From NCBI GenBank assembly GCA_964016885.1, contig OZ024740.1:53816001-53880000 (forward strand): a DNA stretch of 64,000 nt, in the 5' to 3' direction. The position numbers and the translations under genes were made by a program. Origin of the DNA: Eledone cirrhosa (taxonomy: Eukaryota). Shown here piece after piece: positions 1-13,845 of the stretch (positions within the stretch are counted from its first letter, which is position 1; each line of letters begins with the position of its first letter). The notes below the pieces were generated by a model. The model did no database searches, was not told the DNA's origin, and worked only from the letters and a program-made list of their open reading frames with translations.

Positions 1-270
1 GAGAAGGATACCGTACGCCGTGAATGCGGTGTGAGAAAGAAGGAACCCCACTACTAGCGAACGGGAAGAAGTGAGAAGGGGAGAAACAGATACATACATA
101 TACATATATATATATATACATACACACACACACACACATATATATATACATGTGTGAGCATATGTACACTCCTCATACATGTGCACATACTCATATATAA
201 ACACACATACACCCATACTCACACATACTCTCACACATACACCCACCCACACCCCGACACACACATATAT

Positions 271-3200
271 ATATCTATCTATCTAAGGCGGGTAAAATTC
301 CCGAGATCCATGGACGAGTTCTCTCCAGCGGTCTCTGTCCCTCATTATCGCTGCCATATCCTGCATCTCCAACAGACCAGTGTCTGTCCTTAGGGCATCA
401 ACATATGTTAACCTTGGTCTTCCTCTTCTAGTGTGTCCATGTAGGGGCTCCCAAAGGAGCACTGAGTGCAATGTCAACTCTGGATGTCGGTGAGCATGTC
501 CAGCCAATCTCAGTCTTCTCTGTGTCACTTTTGAGCTGACTTTTGGGATGCTCCCATACAGCTCTGAGTTTTTCATCCTCAGTGTATACTGATTAATGTT
601 CAGAGCCATCCTCAGCATTCTCGTGTAGCACCCATCCACCATCTGAGTGAGTCTCTTGGTCAGTGTCCAAGTCTCAGACCCATACAGCAGCACAGACTCC
701 ACTACAGCAATGAAGAGGCGGATTTTCAGTCTCTACGAAGGTCCGACTTCCACACCGACCTCAAGCTGTGACACGCCGCCCAGGCCTTGCTCTTCCTCTC
801 AACCACATCATCCTCCGTATTACCAATCTTTGCTCCCAAATACAGGAAGTCCTCAACCAATTCCAGCGGCTTCCCGCCTACATTAGTGATCCCCTCTGGC
901 TTCTCAACATTCTCTACCAGATATTTTGTTTTAGTCTCATTCATTCTCAGCCCCACACTCATCGACACAGTCTCAACCTCCCGCATCAAATCCTCTGCCT
1001 CCTTCACTGTATTTGTCACCAAAACTATGTCGTCGGCAAATTCAGCATCCGATACCTTTTTCGCCCCAACTCTCCTGCTCTGAGCCGGTGCTACAGTAAA
1101 GCCAGAGTCCTGGTGTTTCTCCAGTGCAAGGCGCATACAATAGTCCACTACGATGATAAAAAGGTAGGGAGCCAATGTATCTCCCTGGAGCACTCCAGCC
1201 AGTATCTAAAAGAACTCTGTCATCCCATCAGGTGTAATGACTTGGGCTTTGGTGTTGGTGTAGAGCAGTGATATCAGGTCCACTATCCTCTTGGGGATTC
1301 CATAAGCCTGTAAGATCTTCTTCAGGCAGTAACGGTCCACAGAAACAAAGGCCTTCCTAAAGTCAATGAAAACCATGACCGCAGGAAGGCACTTTGCTCT
1401 AGCTCCCTCTAATATCCTCCTCAGCATCAGGATGTGACTGGTGGTTGATCTACCCTCTCTGAAGCCGTTCTGGTTGTCCCTGAGCTTCTTCTCCATCTCA
1501 GGCTGGGTCCTGTTAAGAATCATCCTGTTGAGGGTCTTTGCCACAAGTGACGTCAGTGAGATCCCCCGGTAGTTGTTGGTGTTAGAGAGATCTCCCTTCT
1601 TTGGCACTGGGACGATGTTACTGATCCTCCACTGATTCGGGGCAACTCCTTTCTCCAGTGCCCCGTTACAGAACCCCAGGAAGATTTCATCAAAATCACA
1701 CCTCTTCATCACCTCTGATGCCACTCCATCCTCTCCATGAGCCTTGCCCTCCTTGATCTTCTTTTTGGCTCTCTGAAGCTCCTCTCTGGTGAAGGGCTCT
1801 GTGTCAACATCCAGTTCCTCAAACAGCCGCCTGATCTCCCCAGTGCTCTGGGCTGTGGAGGGTGGCTCTCCTAGTAGGGTCCTAAAATGGTCTAGCCATT
1901 TCCACTTCCTATCCTCGGGCACCGTTCCCTGGATCTGACTCGAACACCTTTTCTTCCTCCCTGTGATCTCGTTGATGATCATCCAGCTCTCCTTACATCC
2001 AGATCTGTCAACCGCTCTCTCCACACTTCTGATCTTCTCTATCAGTGCCTCCTCTCTGACCTCAGTGTAAGCGGTACAGAGCTCTTCCCTCATCACCTCC
2101 ACAGTCTCCATCCTCTCCTCTGTAGGATCAGCATAGAATTGGTCCCTGGCAGCTTTCAGGTGTTCTCTGGCTGCACACACTTTTGGGTTTTCAGAGCTGA
2201 CGTGCTTCCCTTTGTTCTTTTTCCTCGGCACCAGGGTTTCACTTGCTTTCGCCACTGCATTGGTGAAGTGCCCGTACCTCCTCGTCACACTCTCCTCAGT
2301 TCATCCAATCTCTCTCTCCTCTGACTCTCCACACAGAGCACTAAACCTGTTTCTCACTTCTACTGTGAACCTCTCCTGTAGCTTATCATCTTCCTTGAAA
2401 GCTCCCCAGTCATAGATTGTTCTCCGGGGCTGAGCCTTGCTCTTTCTTAAGCTCACGCGGACCTCACTCACAACAAGCCGGTGGTCACTACCCAGTGTAC
2501 TGAAATAGCTGTATGGTTCCGTGTTCAGAACACTATTCCGCCACTTTTTCCTCACCAGAATGAAATCAATCTGGGACTTGGACAGGTGCATATCTGAGAT
2601 GTAGGTCCACATCTTCCCCAGATTCTTCCTAAACCTTAGGTTGGTCGCCATCAAGTTCGCCTCCAGCAGGGTGTCTCTCAGTAGTCTTCCATTTCGGTTG
2701 GTGTTGTTATGGAAGTACCAGCAAGGATCTTCACTGCCCTCCTTACTCAGATGTGCATTGAAGTCCCCCAAAACAAGCAGGATATTGTGTGCCTGAGTGG
2801 TGTTGACAGCCCCACACACCTCCTCATGGAACTCCTCGGCATTCACATCACTGTCCCCCTCGGTTGGACTATAGGCTGAGATGACTGTCAGTCTTGGGTT
2901 TCCATTGAAGGTCACGCTCAACACTCGCGGGGAGATAGGCATTATTTCCCTCACCAACAGATTGGTTTTTGCACTGAACACAAAACCCACTCCTCCAACT
3001 GCAGCATTTGTTGTGTTCTTCACTGCCGATGTAGTGATGAGCTGGCTCTTCCTCCCGATCATCACACTCCTCACGGGCTCATCGTGTAGAATACTGTGTT
3101 CTTGGATCGCAAGTATCTGTATACCACTCTCCTCGAACAGATGTCCCAACTCCTCTCTCTTCTCCAGCGTTCGAATAGTTCTCACATTCAAAGTGCCCAT

Positions 3201-3585
3201 TTTGATGGCTCTTCTGCAGGACAAAACTGCATTCTTTATATTTGTCTCAGAGACAGCTGATCCATCATCCACTGGCCCTCTCTGTGGCTCTAAGCCAGCA
3301 GAGTCATAGCGACCAGGCTGCTCCTTGACAGTGTAATTAGGGGCTCTAACCCTAGTGCTGTTAGATCGACTCTCCATATTTCTTTTCAATGGCTGACAAT
3401 ACCTTACCGGCGCCACTCGAATAAGGTAGTTATTTAACCCATAAATGGAGCCCTAACAGGTACTACCACCCCGGGCCAGGGCAGACCTGGGAGTCATGAC
3501 AACTAAGGGGTAACTCCACATTCCCCACATCTCCTGAACTCCCGAACTGGAGCCTTGCCACTGGATGTAGTTTAATGTCATACTC

Positions 3586-3590
<5 letters not shown>
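271..3590 (-). mobile_element. RTE-clade non-LTR retrotransposon (LINE), near full length
   Basis: Single APE+RT reading frame 3416->283, about 170 bp of GC-richer 5' UTR up to 3590, stop codon running straight into a (TAGA)/(TA)n tail; sharp composition change against flanking microsatellites. Confidence 0.93.
283..3416 (-). pseudogene. APE endonuclease + reverse transcriptase ORF of the RTE element, with two in-frame stops and one frameshift
   Basis: APE motifs GTLNVRT, LAIQEH, LGDFNA, QIDFIL, GSDHRL; RT motifs PVPKKGD, NYRGISL, QNGFR, FIDFRKAF, LQGDTLAP, FADD; C-terminal LLYGSETWTL and GRPR. ORF pieces 2301-3416, 1206-2288 and 726-1193 share a frame (stops at 2301-2303 and 1206-1208); 283-702 is shifted by 1 nt. 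Confidence 0.92.
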
Positions 3591-3633
<43 letters not shown>

Positions 3634-5773
3634 CACATACATACACACATACATATACAAGCATATATATATACACATATACACATACATAGATACATAT
3701 ACACACATATATATATATACATACACACACATAAATATATCATACATAGATATATATTTACTCATGCAATTACGGGTGGTTGTGTATCTTGTTGCCTTTA
3801 AGTTCTTAACGCATAATCTAAGGAAGCTAAAGCATTAAAAGGCAAAAGATAAGCATGGATGCATATAATTAGAGGAAAGAGGTACTAATAAATGTTACTC
3901 TATATGGAATTATAGTGAGTTGCTATTTAGAATATTCGTATACGGTGATTACAAACTATGATCAATTCCTGTCTTTTATTTAATAAATCGTGCTTAGATT
4001 TAGTAATTTCCAAGATCTCTCCTGAACATAATCTGCATTCACTCCTGTTCTCAAGATATGGAGTTCTTTGTAGAATGTTGTTCCACACCTTAAACCTCTC
4101 TACGAATACTTATCAACCTTACCACAAACCTAACCAGAATCTACATTATGTACATTCACAATCTAACCACTCTGCTCTATACTCAAGAACTTAGTATATA
4201 ACATATCTCTTAGACTTTCTAAATTATCTTCTAATGAAGATATATTTTATAATAATGCACCCTTCTATAACCAGGTCTTAACTAGAAGTGGATATAAAGA
4301 AAAAATCTCATATATCCCCAAACATAAATGGACCAAAACATAAAAGCTAACAAAAACTACAAACACCAAAAAATGCCATTGACACAAATACCTTAAGTGG
4401 TTATTCCTATTACACCAAACAACCGAAAAACCTCAACAACTATTATTACACGATCTATGACCAATGTTATCAAGCCACATATGAATACCAAGCACTCAAA
4501 ATCTCATAATCTACCCCAAAATAACACCAAATGCAACCACGATAATTTACCAAATTCCACAAATAAGGACACTAACCATAGGAATTATTCTAGAACACAA
4601 CACAATAGTATAAGTGATAATAAGAACTTAACTAAAAACGCAAAAGAAACATAACATGGTACAACGCACCCTTCAACTTGCAAACTATTGGACAAATCCC
4701 CCCAAAATTCTTTGAAATCCTACATAAACATTTTCCACCAAACCACAGATACCACCAAATATTTAACAAATATACTGTTAAATTCTCATACTCTACATCA
4801 AGCAATCTCTAACAAAAAATAAGCAACTACAACATTTATAAACTTTAAAATAATATGACTACACCACTGCAACATAATTTAAATAGGACTGCACCTTTTA
4901 AAAAGGCAAATAATACAATTCTTCAACCTAGAAAACACAACCACCCAAATCACCAACACAAAAACAACAGAACACAATCACAATACAACCCTAGCACCAA
5001 ACCACCCACAAAGCAACCTTCATTCTCCTGCTATCATTAATTACAATAGAAATAGCTCAAGGATTAATGAGAATAGTATAGGCACCCCCAATAACCATCT
5101 TACGTATGGCTGTAATTGCAGAAATAGAAGCATTTGCCCCTTAAATGGCAACTGTAATTAATAATGTAATATATAAATGCACTGTGTCAACTACAGACTC
5201 CAACAAAACATATAGAGGATCTACATCAAACACATTTAAGAAAAGATTATACGCACACTCTAGTAGTTTCAACAATACTAAACTAGCTCTCACCACATCT
5301 TTAGCTGAAGCGGTGAATAATTATAAAAAGAAAAAAATAGATTTCAAGTTATCGTGGAACACCATTCTACAATGAACTCCATATGTTGGAAACAGGAGGG
5401 AATGCAGATTATGTTCAGGAGAGATCTTGGAAATTACTAAATCTAAGGACGATTTATTAAATAAAAGACAGGAATTGATCATAGTTTGTAATCACCGTAT
5501 ACGAAAAACATTTAAATACAATAAACCTAATTAAATACTATAAACCTAATTAAATATTCTAAATAGCAACTCACTATAATTCCATATAGAGTAACATTTA
5601 TTAGTACCTCTTTCCTCTAATTATATGCATCCATGCTTATCTTTTGCCTTTTAATGTTTTAGCTTCCTTAGATTTAAGCGTTAATGACTAAAGGCAACAA
5701 GATACACAACCACCCGTAATTGCATGAGTAAATATATATCTATGTATGATATGGAAATATATTTATGTGTGAG

Positions 5774-5824
<51 letters not shown>

Positions 5825-6120
5825 ATATATATTTATGTATATGTATATGTGTATATATATATGCTTGTATATGTATGTATGTATGTGTATGTATGTGTAT
5901 ATATATATATACATTTATATATATATATATGTGTGTGTGTGTTTGTGTGTGTGTATGTGTGAGTATGGGTGTATGAGTGTTTATAAATGAGTATGTGCAC
6001 ATGTATGAGGAGTGTACATATTCTCACACATGCATATATGTATGTGTATGCGTGTGTGTGTATGTATATATATATGTATATGTATGTATATATATATATA
6101 TATATATACATATGTATATG

Positions 6121-6151
<31 letters not shown>

Positions 6152-6769
6152 CTATATATATATATATATATGTGTATGTATGAGTGTGTGTATATATATA
6201 TGTATATATGTGTGTATAGATGTGTATGTGTGGATATAGATATGCATGGATACGTATGTATACGATTATATGCATGCGTGTAAATGTGTATTTAGATTTG
6301 CATCTATTTGTGCGTATGTATATTTTTGGTTGGATATCAATTTAAGTGTACCTCTCTCTATATATAATGTGGGTATATGCACTTTGTAATCTATGAAATA
6401 TATGTGTTTTAAATATGCCCACATGTATTTATCTGAGTTTGATAATTTATGCATAAACATACTTGATAGTATTTTAGAGCGTATCATATGCTATATTATA
6501 CTAAATACAATTTACCACATAGTACTATATTGTGTTGGTTAAGTTGTATATTACCGCATTACTGTATTTCATTATCTTATTATATTTTTCATCTTTTAAT
6601 ATACTATCTTTCCTGCCCTAACTTTTAATTTATATTCACCTTGAAACTCAATACAACACTAATCACCATTTGACATTCCTTTTAAATACACTATACCAGA
6701 TACTTCAACTATCAGTTTGGCAATCCCTTTCCTCATAATAGATTTTTTTGCCAAAACTACTATTAACAC

Positions 6770-6775
<6 letters not shown>
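3591..6775 (+). mobile_element. 5'-truncated Penelope-like element (family A) with an inverted copy of its 3' region upstream
   Basis: From 4089: LSTNTYQPYHKPNQNL (RT thumb), ITWYNAPFN, CNCR..CPL, NVIYKC..Y(R)GSTSNTFKKR (GIY-YIG), C..C near 5400. About 3600-4088 is the reverse complement of about 5357-5950. Closely similar to 58753-61420. Confidence 0.88.
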
Positions 6776-6863
<88 letters not shown>

Positions 6864-6987
6864 TTATATATATATATACATATACACAGATTGACTATGT
6901 TAGTTTCAGAATATCCCGTTAAGGGTGAAAGCAGCGATTCTTTGCTTAACTTTAATCTGTTATTTTAATATATATATATATATATAT

Positions 6988-7193
6988 AACGGAGGAAATG
7001 TGGTAAGAAACCAGGTGGACCATAACGCACCAAAGTACTCAATACTTAGGGTAGTAGAGTGGGTAATAGGAACGAGTAGGACCCCGACGGCTGAGCTCAA
7101 GCCGTTTCGACGGCTAATTCTGGACGGAATTAGTCGTCCAGAATTAGCCGTCGATACGGTTTGAGCTCAGCCGTCGGGGTCCTACTCGTTCCT
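6988..7193. repeat. Short dispersed repeat with fold-back end (other copies about 12034-12163, 38349-38495, 55221-55357, 57100-57268)
   Basis: Shared core tgtggtaaggaaccaggtggaccataacgcacca..gtactcaatact..gaccccgacggc; here 7068-7193 is a near-perfect palindrome; all copies abut (TA)n. Confidence 0.8.
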
Positions 7194-7196
7194 CTC

Positions 7197-8434
<1,238 letters not shown>

Positions 8435-8452
8435 CATGTGTGTATATATATG

Positions 8453-8483
<31 letters not shown>

Positions 8484-8550
8484 TTGCATATATATATATG
8501 TATACACACATATTTATATATATACATATATATACGTGTGTGTATATATA

Positions 8551-8627
<77 letters not shown>

Positions 8628-8664
8628 AGTAAGTTTGCTTCGATGCGTTTTCCATATATATAAA

Positions 8665-8849
8665 GGGCGGTGAATTGACAGTATCGGTAGAGCGTTGGAC
8701 GCCATGCTTTCTAGCATAGTTATGTCCCTTTACAGTTTGAGTTCAAATCCCGTCGAGGTTAACTTTGCCTTTCATCCTTACGGGGTCTATGAAATAAAGT
8801 ACCAGTAATGTACTGTTAATTGCTGGCCTTGTGCCTAAAGTAGAAACAA

Positions 8850-8855
<6 letters not shown>
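8665..8855 (+). mobile_element. tRNA-derived SINE (cephalopod/Octopus-type)
   Basis: A-box-like tgacagtatcgg, B-box gagttcaaatcc, conserved core ttgcctttcatccttacggggtc..aaataaagtaccag, tail tgctggccttgtgcctaaagtagaaacaatt; multiple copies in the window. Confidence 0.85.
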
Positions 8856-8942
<87 letters not shown>

Positions 8943-9145
8943 TGTATACGTACATACATATATGTGTACAGACGCACGGTAGTATGTATATATATACATA
9001 CATGCACATATATATATATATGTGTACGTATGGGTTTACAGAACATTTATTTTAATGCTCGGTATGTTTGTAAACAAACACCCCGAATTACGCCGTCCAG
9101 TGCTCAGCAACCATCGTCGCCCTTTTGTTCAACACTGACAAAGGA

Positions 9146-9188
9146 ACGATGTACTAGTTTGAAGCTTATTAGCTATCGTCAGCATCGT
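9146..9188 (-). ncRNA. Type I hammerhead ribozyme motif, degenerate (G12->C)
   Basis: Minus strand: acgatg-CTGACGA-tagc taataa gctt-CAAA-ctag-TA-catcgt. Confidence 0.7.
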
Positions 9189-9685
9189 ATACCTTTCTGT
9201 CAGATGATTGAACGTCTGAAAGTATATACTTTCCTTATGTATATTAATGGCTGAGCAGCCTAATTTGCATATCGAGTGAGTTAGTCGGCCGGGCATAGCG
9301 AAAACGATAAATGGTATGCCCGGTATGCCGTGTATGCCCGGCCGACTAACTCACTCGATATGCAAACAATCAAACCGAACATTATAATAAATGTTCGGTA
9401 AACCCATACGTACATATATATATATGTGCGCATGTATGTATATATATTCCTACTACTGTGCGTATGTACACATATATGTATGTACGTATACATACTTATA
9501 TTTAGGTATCAGCCGTACTAAGAGTGAGAAATGAAATTTCGTTTTATTCTTTTCCATTTATCGTTTTCGGTATCCCCAGCCGACTAACTCACTCTATATG
9601 CAAATTAGGCTGCTCAGCCGTAGGAAAGTATATGCATAAGGAAAGTATATACTTTCAGACGTTCAATCATCTGATAGAAAGGTAT

Positions 9686-9728
9686 ACGATGCTGCCGATC
9701 GCTAATAAGCTTGAAACTAGTACATCGT
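9686..9728 (+). ncRNA. Type I hammerhead ribozyme motif, degenerate (A6->C)
   Basis: acgatg-CTGCCGA-tcgc taataa gctt-GAAA-ctag-TA-catcgt; stem I 6 bp, palindromic minimal stem III (ACTAGT). Confidence 0.7.
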
Positions 9729-10009
9729 CGTTCCTGTGTCAGTGTTGAACAAAGGGGCGACGATGGTTGCCAAGCACTGTACGGCGTAATTCGGGCTGTT
9801 TGTTTACAATCAAACAGAACATTATAATAAATGTTCGGTAAACCCATACGTACATATATATATGTGTGCATGTATGCATATATATACATACTACTGTGCG
9901 TCTGTACACATATATGTATGTACGAATACATACTTATATTTAGGTATCAGCCGTACTAAGAGTGAGAAGTGAGAAATGAAATTTCGTTTCATTCTTTTCC
10001 ATCCCTCTC

Positions 10010-10089
<80 letters not shown>

Positions 10090-11217
10090 GGTCGTAAATT
10101 TAAACGTTTCTAGTAAATCGTTTTCACGAGGTTCTTTTGATTTTCACCTCATCTCCTTATACAATACATCTATTTTAATTTAGTATGAAATTTATTTTGA
10201 AGGATTTTTTTTCACAAAATGATTTACCAAACCACCAAACTTTAATAAGAAATATACATTATGCTAACAGAATATTGCAATTAAAATGCAAGAATTAATG
10301 TTCTTATGACTGAGCTGTTCACCATACGAAGAATATCCCTTAGCCTTGCTAGAAGTTATGGTGATGCAGCTGAAGCAATATTACACTGATGTTTACTTCA
10401 TTGCCTTCTGGCTTTGGTAATGAAGTGATTTGATTTGGCTCTAAACATTGCAGAAGAATTCTGAAAATGTCAGTAACTGAATTAAGAATATTTATGGAAA
10501 TATGTGTTACAGGAATATGCTTGTCTGATAAATATAAACATAGCAAAAGAAAGAATTGCGGTGTTCTATGCAGCTAGCACACATTTTTGTATAAGATATT
10601 CTTTAAAAGCATGTTTAATCTGATACGCATTTTGCTACTCAATTTGAAATAAATTTTATAAAAATTACTCTAGTAACCATAATAAGAATAAAAAGTATAA
10701 TTCATTTTTTAAAACAATAATTGTATTATGAATAAACATTGCCAGATATGTAAAATAAAATATGAATTCCTACATTATAATATTAAATGCTATAATTCCA
10801 ATCGTATATATTAATATAACTTAATATAAATTAATGTAACATAATATATAATATATATACTTTGAACAGAAGCGACAAAAGTGAAATTTGTTAAATATAT
10901 TACCCAATATCAATTACCTTTATTGTTCAAATTTAATAAATAGGAAACAAATATGTATAGGTCTTGCTAATGACGCAACATTTTAAAATGAAAATTATAT
11001 AACTGTTTAGTTATTTTAGAAATTTGGTGTGGGTATTTACAAAACATGATATTTACTGTCAAAGCAATTACAAGAAAACTGGTTGGAAAAATTAGAAAAA
11101 AAACGTGATATGGTGGAAGATATATATACTAAAATGACTTTTATCGCATCATGCACCCACAAGCGGATGTATATATATATACGTTATTCCGGGTTGATTC
11201 GGAGGTAACCACAGTAA

Positions 11218-11269
<52 letters not shown>

Positions 11270-11341
11270 ATGTGTGTACGTATGTGTGTGTATATTTGTG
11301 TGTATATATATGTGTATGTGTATGTATGTGTATGTGTATTT

Positions 11342-11425
<84 letters not shown>

Positions 11426-11438
11426 TATATAGATATAC

Positions 11439-11558
<120 letters not shown>

Positions 11559-11748
11559 ATAATATATTTGAAGACTAAAATCCAAAGAGGGCTCGATAAG
11601 GATAAATATATATCAAATATATAAGAACCGTAGAGCGATTCTTTGCTTAAACTTTAATCTGTTATTTTAATAAATATATATATATATAATAATAAAATGT
11701 GGTGAGGAAGCACACAAGTTAGGATATATATATATATATATATATATG

Positions 11749-11906
11749 AAAACAGGGAGAAAGAGACGATTATGAGGAAGAAAAATATATTTGTTTCCTT
11801 TTTTGTTTCTCTCTTTTTTCTGCTTTAGAAAATGATTAAAACAAAACTTTGTGTGAAGTGTTAAATATATTTTTCTTCCTCACAATCGTCTCTCTCTCCC
11901 TGTTTT
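11749..11906. repeat. MITE-like or fold-back element with about 45-bp inverted arms
   Basis: aaaacagggagaaagagacgattatgaggaagaaaaatatat versus atatatttttcttcctcacaatcgtctctctctccctgtttt, flanked by TA. Confidence 0.6.
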
Positions 11907-12160
11907 AGTATATATATTATATACGTTATTCCGGGTTGCATCGGAGGTAACCACAGTAGGTAAGGTACTCAATACATAGCAGAGTATAAAAGTTCTAATA
12001 AAGAATCAATCTCATCTCTCTATATATATATATAACGAAGGAAATGTGGTAAGGAACCAGGTGGACCATAACGCACCAAAGTACTCAATACTTAGGGTAG
12101 TAGAGTGGGTAATATGAACAAGTAAGAAACGGCTTGAGCTCAGCCGTCGGGGTCTTACTT

Positions 12161-12269
<109 letters not shown>

Positions 12270-12346
12270 TGTATTCTGATTTTTGCGTTTCGCTTGGCTT
12301 TTCTTTTCCTGCCCGCCGAAAATGCGATTCTCGCTGAATCTTTATT

Positions 12347-12384
<38 letters not shown>

Positions 12385-13727
12385 CACACCTCTTTGTAAG
12401 TTTGAATATTTATATAAATGAGGTTTCGCATGTATATGGATGGATTTTGTGTGTTCGTTTGCGTTCCTCTCTGATTATCTGTAATATTCCTCTGATAGGA
12501 TTAATATTTAGCTGCAAGCATAAGTATTCGCGTCCGTGATTCTCGAAAAAGTTAATGTGAGTGTTTTTGTTATAAGAAATAGGATTTTCCTGTGTTTAAG
12601 TTAGATGTGAGAAGACTTCCTGAGGTCACCCCGCGAGCAAGTGACGGCTCTAGTTATCAAGTGTAGGAGTGTTCTAGGAGTTTTCTACTCTCATTTATAG
12701 AGAAAAGGGAACATAATAGTCTTGTGATTATGTTGTTTGGCATCGACTTTATACATGGATGCAGGGGAACAGATTATATTCGGTGGAATAGATTGTCTTC
12801 AGTACAAAAATTATGACACAACACCGCATTATTATATGGGAAGATTGGAGGCAGTGCTGCACCTTCTGTTTAACTATTGCTATTACTATTCAGCATTCCA
12901 CCGATCACTGAAAATACGTATTCATTTGAATTTCAGATTACATCTGCTGGTCGTTGGTCGGTTACTGCAAATAATACAATTCCCAGAGTTCTGGGACACT
13001 GCCAACATTTAAGAAATGATACACCGTGAGGTCAACAAAAGTATCGCTTCGGGGTTTTCCGGTATATCAGTAAGAATATGCCGAGGACGAATATTTAGGG
13101 TCAAACTATATCTGGAATGAATTGAAGTTGGTTAGTTTAAAATTTCCCCGCTGATATTTACATTGGCAACTTATTACTCAAATACTTGTTAGCAATCAAG
13201 TCTTTGAACTACAATGATAAAACGGGTGACAACACTGATACAAAGCAATTTAAAGATTTTGTCTGTCTCATGCATTCTGGTCAGTTATAATTTCCCTCTT
13301 TATAAGAGAGACTCATCATTCGGTATGGCTTGCAGTCTGTTAACATCAGTTTATGTGACACTTACGCTGCATAATCGTGTGGTTGCAGTAACAATGTTTG
13401 TGACGTCACCTCCGAATCTAACAGCTTTCTCGTGAAATACAATGAATGCAGTTATGTTGCTATCCTTAAAACGCCTGTTATTGTGTGCCTGTGTGTTTGA
13501 CTTTCTTATTAGGAATTCTTTCATGTCAAAATAAACCATACAAACGATTGTTAGCATATCGATGAGGCAGCAGGCTGGTGGTTCAATTAGGTGTTTGTTG
13601 GCTGGGTTATAAGCAAAGACTCTCGCTGGCAGACATTCTCTACAGTTAGATTCTTGAAACCTGAAGACTAGTGTATGTTAAACTGCGTGTGTGTGTATAT
13701 ATAAGTGAGAATGTATGTGTGTGAGTT

Positions 13728-13845
<118 letters not shown>

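Larger units (their letters stand above)
8940..10002. repeat. Inverted plus partial tandem copies of an about 440-bp non-coding unit containing a hammerhead motif
   Basis: 8940-9314 is the reverse complement of parts of 9332-9935; caatcaaa..gaacattataataaatgttcgg recurs at about 9367 and 9807. Confidence 0.85.

Noticed and set aside
647-3309. Plus-strand ORFs overlapping the RTE
   Set aside because: Antisense shadows of the RTE coding sequence with no recognisable motifs.
8665-8760. tRNA gene
   Set aside because: A and B boxes are too far apart, there is no cloverleaf, and it is the head of a multi-copy SINE.
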